From positions 1 through 64,000 of the IMG/VR virus record IMGVR_UViG_3300012984_000568: a stretch of 64,000 nucleotides of DNA, one strand, 5' to 3'. A program made the translations under genes and the position numbers. Origin of the DNA: a virus. Under the pieces are notes generated by a model that saw only the letters and a list, made by a program, of their open reading frames with translations, ran no database searches and was not told the DNA's origin. This document shows, in pieces, positions 55,006-64,000 of this stretch. How positions within the stretch are numbered: the stretch's first letter is position 1; each line of letters starts with the position of its first letter.

Positions 55006-56793
55006 TTAGGCGACCAGCGTCTGCGGGTCGATGTAGTACGAGAACTCGAGCGTGACGGCCTTTTGCTTCGTGTTTCCCGAGATGTACCAAGTAGACTTGG
55101 TGTCGATTCGATTCGGAGCAGCGATGCGCGCCGTTGTCGACTTCTTGGTAGCCGCTGGGTCGCTGATGAGCGCCGCCAAACCGAGGTCATCCGCGAGCGC
55201 GGAGATTTCGGCGATCGCTGCGGACGGCTTGCGCGCGTCCGGGTTTGACGTCGCTTGGTCGGACGGAATGAGCACCGCGCGGCGCCACTTCGGACCGCCG
55301 AAGATCAGGGCTTCGTTGAAGATAATATTCATGATCTTCACGAGGTCCTTCACGTGGCGGTAAGCCGGAGGCTCCTCGCCAGTGGGCGCGTAACACGTCA
55401 AGATGTCCTCGAGCACCACGACCTTGTCCTCGATCGAGGTGGTCGAGCACCCCGCCAAGTTGGCTTGGTTGCGCGTCGGGAAGTCCCATTGCGCCGCGTC
55501 GGAGCCAGGGACAACGCCCTGTCCCGCGCTCGTGATCGGCAGCCCGCAATAGTCGAGTGCTGGGTTGGAGGCGGCTTGCACGGCAATGCGCGCGAGCGCT
55601 CGAGCGGCGACCACCAAAGGCAGGGTGGGTGAGTCCGGGGCAGCGATGATCGAGTTGATCCGGTCCGTTTTGCGCGTCGAGCTCACGGCGGACGCCTGGT
55701 CGACCGTGCTGTGGATCGTGCCGGTGAAGAAGACGATCGGCTTGTGGACGGTCGTCCCCCAACGCCCATCACCGAAGTTCTGGTAGGCGTCGAGCGCGTT
55801 CGTGTTGGCGACCGGCAGGGTGTTCAGACCGAACACCTCCCAAACGTTGCCAACCCAACCGAGCTGAGTGGTGGGGTCCGGGTCGGTGAGGCCGCCGTTC
55901 ATCGCTGTCGCGGCGAACACGACGCCGGTCTGCTGCATGAGGACCTCGATCTTCATGAGGTTCCCCATCGTGCCCTTCCAGCCTGCCGTGAAGTTGATCT
56001 TCGTCGCCGGCACGGTGATCGTGAACGTCGCGCCGACGCCGAAGTCGGTCGAGCCGTCCGTGATGGTAAAGCTCAGGCCGTTGACCGTGAACACGGTTGC
56101 AGCGCTGGCGCCGACCGTCTGAGTCAGAGTGCGCGAGAGCACATTGCCGAGCGGGTCGGTGAGCGTCCACACGCCACCGTTCACCACCGCGGTGTTCAGC
56201 ACGAGCTTATAGGCGCCGGGCAGCGCGGGACCAACGACAGAGAGCGCACCGATCGTGCCGTTGCCGGTACCAGACAGCGCGGAAGCCGTAGGCGTGCCGT
56301 AGGCGAACGACGTCGTGACCGGCATGTGCAACACGGAGTTCATCGCGAACCCGATCTTGGCCAGAGTCAGATTGACGTCGATGGCGCCGGCCGGGATACC
56401 GAACGACTTCGACGCCACTCCGCCGACGCGAACGACGTAGTCCGCCGCAAAGGCTGCTGTGCCAGAGGGGGTGAGGTCGCCCGTGGCAGCGGTCGCGCCG
56501 ACCGCGTCCGTCATCGGATAGACGGTGACCGGGATGGTGCCCACGCCATCACCGTTGGACGGAAAAAGCTCGCGCATCGCGAGGTAGATGGCCGACTTGT
56601 AGCCGTAGAGCGCGCCCGCGGCGCCAGCGCTCGTGAGCTCCTGCTTGGCAGCAGGGAACGAAACGCCGGTTTGCCCCTGAGCAAACACTGCAATGCGCGG
56701 CGGCAGGACGGCGCGAGAACCACCCGCCAAGGCCTTGTATTGGACGTCGATGCCAAGGACGCTGGCAATGGCGGTGCTATCGATCTGAGTCAT
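55006..56793 (-). CDS. Contractile tail sheath protein (Mu L-like)
   Basis: LPPRIAVFAQG..AGALYGYKS..AATGDLT..AGWKGTMGN..NGGLTDPD. Confidence 0.9.
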   Translation of the reverse strand: MTQIDSTAIASVLGIDVQYKALAGGSRAVLPPRIAVFAQGQTGVSFPAAKQELTSAGAAGALYGYKSAIYLAMRELFPSNGDGVGTIPVTVYPMTDAVGATAATGDLTPSGTAAFAADYVVRVGGVASKSFGIPAGAIDVNLTLAKIGFAMNSVLHMPVTTSFAYGTPTASALSGTGNGTIGALSVVGPALPGAYKLVLNTAVVNGGVWTLTDPLGNVLSRTLTQTVGASAATVFTVNGLSFTITDGSTDFGVGATFTITVPATKINFTAGWKGTMGNLMKIEVLMQQTGVVFAATAMNGGLTDPDPTTQLGWVGNVWEVFGLNTLPVANTNALDAYQNFGDGRWGTTVHKPIVFFTGTIHSTVDQASAVSSTRKTDRINSIIAAPDSPTLPLVVAARALARIAVQAASNPALDYCGLPITSAGQGVVPGSDAAQWDFPTRNQANLAGCSTTSIEDKVVVLEDILTCYAPTGEEPPAYRHVKDLVKIMNIIFNEALIFGGPKWRRAVLIPSDQATSNPDARKPSAAIAEISALADDLGLAALISDPAATKKSTTARIAAPNRIDTKSTWYISGNTKQKAVTLEFSYYIDPQTLVA

Positions 56794-57542
56794 GGATTCT
56801 CAGGCTCCTGGGAAATCGGGAAGTCTGCGGTGAACAGGAGTTCGCCGGTTTCGGCGCGCATGAACGACGACGAGATGAGCTCGAGCGGCGCGCCCTGAAC
56901 TTGTTCGGAGAACTCGTTGAACGTGACGGCGAGCGAGACGCGCGCGCCTACGATGTGCTGCGCGACCCGCTCACTGGGGCCGACGGGCGACATCTGAATG
57001 CTTTGGACCCAACGTCCGCCCCAAATGACTTTGTTCTCACCCTTGGCCATTGGAAAGCCGAGGGTGATGTAGTGCGCCGACATGAGGATCGTGCGCACGA
57101 GGCGGTAAGCCCGCTTCGCTTCGATTGCGGCGAGTTCGTCACCGGTGAAGTGGCCCAACCCGTTTGGGTTGTCGGCAGTCAGGCCCAAGCCAAAACAGTC
57201 AATTAAGAACGTCCCGTCGGCGGCTTGGCGCTCGTGCGGGTCGCCCTTCGACTTGTCGAACGCCTCTTGGTCGAACGACACGTTGACGATGGGCGAGCGG
57301 TCGAAATCGGGCTTCGGCTTGCCCGCGCTCGGGGCGTCGGACCACATCTCCCACGCGTTCGAGCGCTCGACGAAAACGCGGAGTTTCCAGAGCTTCTCGT
57401 TCTTGCTAGCCGCTTTCGCCATCGCCTGCTGCGACAGCGACTCGGCGAGAAGAATTGCCCCGATTTGGTAGCAAATCAGCTCGGAGTTGTCCTGCCGATC
57501 GATCAGGGTGGTGATCTTCGACGGGATAGTCGCGATCGTCAT
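56790..57542 (-). CDS. Tail completion / terminator protein
   Basis: Position upstream of the sheath; LIDRQDNSELI..IGAIL..SPIVNV. Confidence 0.65.
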   Translation of the reverse strand: MTIATIPSKITTLIDRQDNSELICYQIGAILLAESLSQQAMAKAASKNEKLWKLRVFVERSNAWEMWSDAPSAGKPKPDFDRSPIVNVSFDQEAFDKSKGDPHERQAADGTFLIDCFGLGLTADNPNGLGHFTGDELAAIEAKRAYRLVRTILMSAHYITLGFPMAKGENKVIWGGRWVQSIQMSPVGPSERVAQHIVGARVSLAVTFNEFSEQVQGAPLELISSSFMRAETGELLFTADFPISQEPENP

Positions 57543-57546
57543 TTAG

Positions 57547-57936
57547 CTATCCGGGCGGCGGAGCGAGCTCGAAGAACTCGAGAATCAGGACGAGGCAGCC
57601 GAGCGTGCGATCGGGAATCGTCTCGGCGATCGTGAACGTCTGCGACTGGCAGCCGACGGTCTCAGCGAACGTCACCTGCCAGCACTTCGACTTGTCGGCG
57701 TCGAGCACACGGACCGGCTCCATGTTGACGAGCGCCAGGTCGCGCATCGACAGCGCCACCGAGCAGCGCCGCAGGCTCACCGTCTTGCCCGTCTCGGGAT
57801 CGACCGCGTGGGCGATGTCCGCCTGCATGCCGCGGAGCTCGGCCGTCCTGCCGCCGGGCTCTTGGAGGGTGACGACGCAGCCGTCGGCGTTCAGGATCGC
57901 CTGAATGTCGGCGGCTGCGATATCAGCGAGGCTCAC
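57547..57936 (-). CDS. Head-tail connector / head closure protein
   Basis: MSLADIAAADI..DIAHAVDPETG..PDRTLGCLVLILE; position. Confidence 0.65.
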   Translation of the reverse strand: MSLADIAAADIQAILNADGCVVTLQEPGGRTAELRGMQADIAHAVDPETGKTVSLRRCSVALSMRDLALVNMEPVRVLDADKSKCWQVTFAETVGCQSQTFTIAETIPDRTLGCLVLILEFFELAPPPG

Positions 57937-58448
57937 TTGACGAAGTGGCCTTCGGCGTCTAGTTGGGCGAGACGCTCGGCGCCGTTGTGCATGATGTCGG
58001 CAGCGAAGACCTCTTCGCCCTCACCAAGCACGCCCCGCAGGCAGTGAATGGACTTGTTTTGGGCGAGTACGTAGCGCCGATCACTCGGCTGGCCCTGAGC
58101 GTCAGCAGCGCGAGCGATGCTCGACGACTGCGCGTCCGCTTGCTTTGCTAGCGCCGCATCCACGAGCAGTCCATGCTCGTATTCCGCGAAGTAATTTTCG
58201 TAGTTCTCGGCACGATATCCCTTCGCCACGAATTCGTCCACGGAGGGGCGCGTGTAGCCTTCGGGAAGTTTCTCGGTGCCATCGAGAACCACGGCGGCTC
58301 GAGCCTTCTCTTTCACCTGAGACTCCAGATCGGCAACTAGCGCAGTGAGTTGCGCATGGTTCAGACCATCCGTCTTCACTTCGGCGCTGAGTTGGACACC
58401 AAGCGCCAGGGCGCGTTCCGAGAGTTGCTTTTTGCTGAGATCTGCCAT
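57933..58448 (-). CDS. Head-associated hypothetical protein
   Basis: Directly after the capsid gene. Confidence 0.55.
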   Translation of the reverse strand: MADLSKKQLSERALALGVQLSAEVKTDGLNHAQLTALVADLESQVKEKARAAVVLDGTEKLPEGYTRPSVDEFVAKGYRAENYENYFAEYEHGLLVDAALAKQADAQSSSIARAADAQGQPSDRRYVLAQNKSIHCLRGVLGEGEEVFAADIMHNGAERLAQLDAEGHFVK

Positions 58449-58509
58449 TCGAATCACCAATCGGTTGATGCGAGTAAAGTGAGGGCGCGCAGAGGCGCCC
58501 CCAAATCGC

Positions 58510-59598
58510 TCAGAACACGGTGATGCAACCGAAGGTATCGATTGCGACGGGGATGGTTAGCGGTCGCGTGCCAGCCGACACCTTCAGGTGCTGACCGTCT
58601 TGGGTGATCCACGCGTACGTGGACAGGTCGAACCCGTTGCCACTCATGCGAGTCGGCAGGTACGGGAGCACACGCGGATCGGGAGCAACGATGCGCGGGA
58701 TGCCACCGAACGATAGGTCCATGCGCGCGCTGGGCGACGTCATGATGACCTTGTTGTCGGCGACGTACGGCGTCAGCACCTTGGTCTGCGGATGAATGTA
58801 CGACCCGTCGTACAGCCACATTTCGAACCGGTAGTTCTGCACTACGATGGTGCCGGCGAACGTCGCATCTTGTGGACCTGCCTCAGCGGAGGGCACGGCA
58901 AGCTTGACCAAGTCCTGCATACCGATGCTGGCGATCGCAGCCTTGACGTCTGCGTTCTTGGTGAAGCGCTGCCATGCGCCGGCGCCGAAGGTGAGCTTGG
59001 CCGGGCGCTTGCGTCCGTCCTTGCGCAAAATGGCCGCCAATGCAGCCAGGTCACCCATCGGATCGCCGGTCGATCCGTTGGCCGCCCACGTCGTGCCGAC
59101 GGTGAAGAAGTGCGTGGACTTCGGCTGAAAGTCCAAGGTGTACAGTTCGACTCCCGCGTCATCGAACAAATGCAGTTCGCCGGTCTGCAAGACCTGCGAG
59201 GACATGAGTTCGACAGCGCGATTGACCTTGTTGCCCAGCTTCCGGAAAATGCTGAACGCCTTGACGATCGCGGTCGCTTGGAATACCGGGTCTTCGAACG
59301 GAACCACGCCCGGCTGACGCTTCAGGAGGTCGAACGACGTGATCGTTCCTTCCTCGTTGAACAACGGCGGGCGAAAGCTCTTGTTGGTGAATTTTCCGTC
59401 GGCGTTTTGGCGCGCGCCGGTGGAAAGGTCCTGAATTACGACAGCGACTTCTTCCGAGTCGCGCTGTACGTCGATCTCGACCTCTTCCGTGTTGTGGATT
59501 TGGCGCGGACCGGTGTGGAACTGGCTCGACAGGTACATCGGCGCCGGAGCTTCATCCGTGTACGCCTCGATCATCCGTCGGGTGGATGAATCACTCAT
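58510..59598 (-). CDS. Major capsid protein (lambda gpE family)
   Basis: IHNTEEVEIDV...NRAVELMSSQVLQTG...LDFQPKSTH...RPLTIP. Confidence 0.92.
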   Translation of the reverse strand: MSDSSTRRMIEAYTDEAPAPMYLSSQFHTGPRQIHNTEEVEIDVQRDSEEVAVVIQDLSTGARQNADGKFTNKSFRPPLFNEEGTITSFDLLKRQPGVVPFEDPVFQATAIVKAFSIFRKLGNKVNRAVELMSSQVLQTGELHLFDDAGVELYTLDFQPKSTHFFTVGTTWAANGSTGDPMGDLAALAAILRKDGRKRPAKLTFGAGAWQRFTKNADVKAAIASIGMQDLVKLAVPSAEAGPQDATFAGTIVVQNYRFEMWLYDGSYIHPQTKVLTPYVADNKVIMTSPSARMDLSFGGIPRIVAPDPRVLPYLPTRMSGNGFDLSTYAWITQDGQHLKVSAGTRPLTIPVAIDTFGCITVF

Positions 59599-59728
59599 TG
59601 GGATTGTTCCTTATTGCGGTACGGAGAACGCACGAACGCCAATGGGCGATGCGTACCCGTCAAAACGAGTTGGGTTGTTTGAGGGCGGCGCCGACTCCGT
59701 AAACGGGAGCGCCGCCCCAGAGTGTCAA

Positions 59729-60139
59729 TCAGTCGTGGGTGTCGAAACCTGCGATGTGATTCACATCGATCGGGATGATGTCGTAGTCACGCAGCTGGTC
59801 GAGCACCGCGCCGTCGATGTTCACGCCGGTACCGTCCACGTCGATGATGAGCTTCGACTTGTCTACGGTGCCTTTCACGAGCGCGCGGACCTTGTAGTCA
59901 GCCGCGCCGGTCGTAGTGAGCGGATAGGTCAAAACGGCTTTGGGAATGCCGTTTTGGTTGGTCGAACCGCCTTTGGCAAACACCACGAGCTTCAAGCTCA
60001 CGCTGTCGCGCGCAAAGATTGTTCCTGCGGGAAAGGTCTTCGCGCTAGCCGCGGTGAACACCTCGTCGCGAAATTCTTCGTCACGAAGGGCGACGGCACT
60101 GACCTCGATGTCAGTGACGGTCATGCTGTTTGCGGGCAT
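59729..60139 (-). CDS. Head decoration protein (lambda gpD-like)
   Basis: TFPAGTIFARD..GIPKAVL..LRDYDI; position. Confidence 0.8.
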   Translation of the reverse strand: MPANSMTVTDIEVSAVALRDEEFRDEVFTAASAKTFPAGTIFARDSVSLKLVVFAKGGSTNQNGIPKAVLTYPLTTTGAADYKVRALVKGTVDKSKLIIDVDGTGVNIDGAVLDQLRDYDIIPIDVNHIAGFDTHD

Positions 60140-61515
60140 TACGCCACCTTCTTGCTGGTGCGGCCGAGTTGGCGATCGATTTCGTCAGCGACCTTGTCGC
60201 CCTTGTCTTCCGAGGAAGCCTCGGGAGTAGCTGCGGCAGCAGCCGCCGGGGAAGCGCCGGCGACAACTGCGCCAGCGGCGTCAGAATCGTCCTGGCGAGC
60301 ACCACGCGATGCGCGGTTCATCCCAGCAGCCATGTACTTGGCTTGCAGGGTTGCGGTCATTGCGGTGCCGGCGTTGATGGCGGCAATTGCCGTCGGCATG
60401 TCGCCAGATGCTTCGCCCATGGTGAGGTGGGCGCAGACGCGATCGCGCTCTTGAGTGACGCCCTGAGCCAGCACCGCCGCGTGAAGTTCCGGGTGCTGCG
60501 CGAGCAGTTCTTTCTCGTTCATTTTGGTCTTTCTGCTTTCGTGCCCGGGTTCCCGGGGCGGTGATGGTGGCGGCTCCGCGGCGGCCGAGACCGACGGGGG
60601 CTGCTGCGGTGCAGGCGCGCCATTGTTGGCGGCCGCAACTCTTGACGCGGGGGTCGGGTCAACCTCGACTTCATCGTCACCGGAGGCCTTGGTGCCGCGC
60701 TTAGGCTTCTTTGGCTTCTTGTCGATGAGTCCAGCTTCGAAGGCCGCCGCGGCCAGCATCGTGGCGCCGCGGCCGAAGTCACTGTTGACGCGCTCGACCG
60801 TGAACTGCATGCCAGTGGCATTGGTGCGCCCCCGAGCGATCGCATCAGCGAACAGCTCGTGGCAGGCATCGAGTTCCGCCACGATGACCGCCTTGCCATC
60901 GGGCGTGCGGGGGTCCGGGCGCTTGTTCGGCGCCGGCGTACTCGTCACATTGATGATCTCCTGGTCGGCCCAGAAGCTGTAGGTCTGCACGACTCCAATG
61001 CTGCCGAACTCGGACGCTGGACCTAGCGGGGTGATTGGCCCTGCCATGGCGGCTAGTGCGTAGGCGGCGGAGCACGCTAGCGACGCCTGCACAGCGATCG
61101 GCTTGCCAAACGCCTCGATCGCCGAGAGCGTGTCGAACATTCCGTCGCAGTAGCCGCCGGGGCTGTGTACGTCGAGAATCACGCTCTGGACGTTCGGATC
61201 GGCTCCGGCGAGCGCGAAGGAGTCGCGAATGTCCTGATAGCAGGTCTGATCTTCACCCATCAGCCACGCCCAAAAGTCGGGCGTTTCGGAGAGCACGCCC
61301 GCGACGCGGATTTGCGCAACGGTACCGACAACTGCGTAGTTTTCAGGATCGGACGAGGACGCGGCTCGAGCGCCTTCGACTGTAGCCGAGTAACGCGGGC
61401 GCGCAGCGAGCGCGGCGTTGAAGTCCTCGCGTTGCTTGATCGAAAGAGAGAGGCCCGACTTGTACAGCCGACCGATTTTCTCGGCGACGTCCGGGCGCAG
61501 GAACATTTGAAGCAT
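60139..61515 (-). CDS. S49 capsid maturation protease (lambda gpC-like) with probable nested scaffold (Nu3-like, 60139-60522)
   Basis: ILDVHSPGG, ACSAAYALA, GSIGV; internal MNEKELLAQHPEL after a Pro-rich linker. Confidence 0.9.
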   Translation of the reverse strand: MLQMFLRPDVAEKIGRLYKSGLSLSIKQREDFNAALAARPRYSATVEGARAASSSDPENYAVVGTVAQIRVAGVLSETPDFWAWLMGEDQTCYQDIRDSFALAGADPNVQSVILDVHSPGGYCDGMFDTLSAIEAFGKPIAVQASLACSAAYALAAMAGPITPLGPASEFGSIGVVQTYSFWADQEIINVTSTPAPNKRPDPRTPDGKAVIVAELDACHELFADAIARGRTNATGMQFTVERVNSDFGRGATMLAAAAFEAGLIDKKPKKPKRGTKASGDDEVEVDPTPASRVAAANNGAPAPQQPPSVSAAAEPPPSPPREPGHESRKTKMNEKELLAQHPELHAAVLAQGVTQERDRVCAHLTMGEASGDMPTAIAAINAGTAMTATLQAKYMAAGMNRASRGARQDDSDAAGAVVAGASPAAAAAATPEASSEDKGDKVADEIDRQLGRTSKKVA

Positions 61516-61517
61516 TT

Positions 61518-63170
61518 TTAGGCGGCTCTCTCGAGGCGAAGGCGCGTGCGGGCGAGCTCGATATCCTCGAGTGCGTCGAGCGCATCTTGGCCTTCGGCGA
61601 AATCGTCTTGTGGTTTGCTCTCGTCGGCCGCTGGCTGCTTTGGCGCTTTTGTGGCGGCTTCCAGGGCAGCAAGCGGGGCGTTCGCAGCAGCGATCAGCTC
61701 GTTTTCTCGCTTTAGCTTTGGCGCGTTCTTCGAGAACTTAGTCCCGAACGTTTCGCGCGCCGCGCGATCACGGGTCATGAAGCCTTCTTTGACGGCTTCC
61801 GCGTACCCCTTGACCATCTTCATGATGTCGACCGACGGCTTGATTTGCCCGGTCCAATCGCTAGATGTCCACGCCGCGAAGATGTCGAACTTCGACCAAT
61901 CGCGCCAAGCTTCAATGAAGCCGTCTGCTCGCACGCGCCCAGCAAGCGTCTCAGCTAGGAGCCACTCCGTGTAAATCGGCTGGCAGAAGTTGTCTCCGAA
62001 TTCCTGACGAACCTTGTTCAGGTACATCTTGAATTCGTTGATGGCGGCCTGCGAAGCGCTGTAGTTCGAGTTGAAAGAGAGCAGCAGAATCTCGGGCGGC
62101 ATCTCGTGCGCCCACGCAATTCCCTGGATGATCGCGGCTTCGAACACACCGAACGTCTCGACGGTGCCGTTCGACTGGAAAGCCTGAGGCTTTTCGCCTT
62201 TTTGCAGCTGCTCGATCACGAGCCCTGGAACGTGCTGGGCGGTTCTGAATGCGCGATCTGGACCAGAAGACTCCGAGGAAGCGACCTCGACACCATTCTT
62301 GGTTGCGCTGCGTGTCAGCGGACGGGACGACACAGCGTCCTCGCCCTTCTCGATATACATCGCGAGGCAACTGAGGATGAACGCCTTGCGTTGCGTGCTG
62401 TCTCTGAAGCGATCGATCTCCTTCAAGCTTTGCAGGACGAGCGACAGCAACGGCTTGCCGCGGACGTCGTCCATGCGCTTGTCGGTGCCGTAAAGCAGCC
62501 AAGCTAGCCGGCGCCCAGACTTTTCCCCGAAAGCCGGTAGCCGCTTCGACGTACCGTCGGGCTGCCGCACCCAATAGGCCACCTGGCGACCCATCGAGTC
62601 GACCTCAACACCATGCTTGATTTCGTTCCCGCCTTGAGGGCTTGCTTCAATTGGAGTCTGGACGGCCTCCCCGTTGATCAGCTGCACGCGCGGGAGCTGC
62701 GTGCGGGGGTCCTGACGCAGCAGCACAAGCACATCGCCGGCGACGAGCGCTTCGGTGCGCGCGATCGCTTGGAGCGCACCGAACGTTAGCTTTTCGCCCT
62801 GGTCACAGAGCCATGCGTTGGAGCGCCAAAGCGAGAAGCGGTTCTCCGTCTCTTCGGTCCAGTCCGCGAGCTCGTCCTCAGCGAAACCGAGGATCGCCTC
62901 CTCTGGAGTGGCCTCGAGGTGCAACCCGACGTTGATTTCGTTCGTGACGAGACGGCGAATCAGGCCGCGGGCGTACAGGTTTTTTTCGTACAGCTCCGCA
63001 CTGCGGCGCCGAAGGGTCCAGTAGTCCGGAATCAGGACTTCAGTCGCGCCGAATCCGCCGGCGAACTTGGAACCGTCATCCCACGAGAAACGGACATCGG
63101 GGAGTTGCCCGAGCGTTAGTTTCGGAACTTTCGGCCGAAACCAGCTCTTTACGACGTCGACGATGTACAT
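61518..63170 (-). CDS. Portal protein (lambda family)
   Basis: LRRRSAELYEKNLYARG, HGVEVDSMGRQVAYW, RGKPLL, NYSASQAA. Confidence 0.93.
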   Translation of the reverse strand: MYIVDVVKSWFRPKVPKLTLGQLPDVRFSWDDGSKFAGGFGATEVLIPDYWTLRRRSAELYEKNLYARGLIRRLVTNEINVGLHLEATPEEAILGFAEDELADWTEETENRFSLWRSNAWLCDQGEKLTFGALQAIARTEALVAGDVLVLLRQDPRTQLPRVQLINGEAVQTPIEASPQGGNEIKHGVEVDSMGRQVAYWVRQPDGTSKRLPAFGEKSGRRLAWLLYGTDKRMDDVRGKPLLSLVLQSLKEIDRFRDSTQRKAFILSCLAMYIEKGEDAVSSRPLTRSATKNGVEVASSESSGPDRAFRTAQHVPGLVIEQLQKGEKPQAFQSNGTVETFGVFEAAIIQGIAWAHEMPPEILLLSFNSNYSASQAAINEFKMYLNKVRQEFGDNFCQPIYTEWLLAETLAGRVRADGFIEAWRDWSKFDIFAAWTSSDWTGQIKPSVDIMKMVKGYAEAVKEGFMTRDRAARETFGTKFSKNAPKLKRENELIAAANAPLAALEAATKAPKQPAADESKPQDDFAEGQDALDALEDIELARTRLRLERAA

Positions 63171-63433
63171 CAGAAGCCTGGCACTACGTGCGTCGATCCG
63201 GTGCGGCAGAGCATCGACTCAAGCATGGTGACCTGATTGAACAACCACGCGGCGTGCTCACGCATCGAGGTGAGATTCAGTCTGGTCACAAGGTGACGCG
63301 TTTGCCCGCTGTCGAATTGGTAGCTGGCCATCCCGTCTACAGCGACCTTCGCGATCGCCGTGTTGAGCGACGCGAGCTGAAGCTTGAACGCCGCGAGCTG
63401 CGTCGAAAGCGTCTCGTCGCAGGAGTCGGCCAT
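63170..63433 (-). CDS. gpW-like head completion protein
   Basis: Between terminase and portal; ASYQFDSGQTRHLVTRLNL. Confidence 0.75.
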   Translation of the reverse strand: MADSCDETLSTQLAAFKLQLASLNTAIAKVAVDGMASYQFDSGQTRHLVTRLNLTSMREHAAWLFNQVTMLESMLCRTGSTHVVPGF

Positions 63434-63436
63434 TGT

Positions 63437-64000
63437 TCAGTTTGGGGCTTCGTAGAAGAAAAGTTGCTGCTCGATGCAAGCCGAGAAGAATTCATCCCAG
63501 TCCACGAACTCGCGCTTTTTCTGCTTCACGCAATAGTCGTGAGCGATCATCTCGAGTGCCGCGTTGGCGTACACAAGACAGTCCCATAGCTCGTTTTTTG
63601 CGCCGCTTGGCCGGCGCCATTCAGTCCCGATGCGCTCATTCGTGACAGCGTCGCGCTTCTCGACTTTGACCTCGACCGTAAGCTCTTTCAGCTGATCGTC
63701 GACGACGTCTTGTGGCGCGTTGAAGTGCCCGTGCGGTTGCAGCCCATCGCCGATCCAACTGCGGCGCAAGCGCGCGCTCCAACGGTCCTTGTAGATGTCG
63801 ACCGTGATGCCGTAGGCGATGGTGCCCATGGTGGTCGTGAATTCCGAGAATTCTTTGAGGTTCGCGCCCTTCGGCGGCAGTTCGCGCCCCTTGATCGGGA
63901 ACACGCCGGCGCCGCAATCAGCGGCGAAGCGATAGACTTGGTCCGTTAGATGACCTGAATCGATGAGCGTGAGTTCGATCCGGTACCGCTTGCCGTCGTC
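63437..64000 (-). CDS. Terminase large subunit (lambda gpA family), C-terminal part only
   Basis: LIDSG..VFPIKG..VDIYKD..QLKELTVE..NELWDCLVYANAA. Confidence 0.9.
   Translation of the reverse strand, partial: DDGKRYRIELTLIDSGHLTDQVYRFAADCGAGVFPIKGRELPPKGANLKEFSEFTTTMGTIAYGITVDIYKDRWSARLRRSWIGDGLQPHGHFNAPQDVVDDQLKELTVEVKVEKRDAVTNERIGTEWRRPSGAKNELWDCLVYANAALEMIAHDYCVKQKKREFVDWDEFFSACIEQQLFFYEAPN

Overview
GC-rich bacterial DNA; Gly-rich and Cys-rich lipoproteins and a small winged-helix DNA-binding protein suggest a myxobacterial (Polyangiaceae-like) host, which is inference only. There are three blocks. (1) 1-6109 is a putative defence island: a type I R-M specificity-like gene, an RxxxxH (HEPN-like) protein, a DUF6361-like protein and a double-HxK phospholipase D nuclease. 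(2) About 6350-10114 is a minimal integrative element (HTH, hypothetical, two excisionase-like genes, tyrosine integrase). (3) About 10094-64000 is most of a temperate prophage whose left end is a tmRNA/tRNA-Ala 3'-end att fragment. The prophage carries int-xis, a Mom-like GNAT gene, a structured RNA region with tRNA-fMet, a cro/cI switch with visible operators, a long early operon of small genes, a lysis region (GH25 endolysin), accessory fibre/adhesin genes, a Mu-like contractile tail and a lambda-like head; the terminase runs off the right edge. Most notable: two homologous integrases converge and both read through one shared att core; four long non-coding hairpins carry C-rich (anti-Shine-Dalgarno-like) loops on the sense strand of both phage operons; a ~0.85 kb T-loop-rich RNA region holds a tRNA plus tRNA-like mimics and is spanned by an unbroken ORF; the tape measure gene has an in-frame amber stop; and a ~21-repeat scaffold protein shares its repeat with a neighbouring beta-propeller. 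All family calls come from motif recognition by eye, not database searches.
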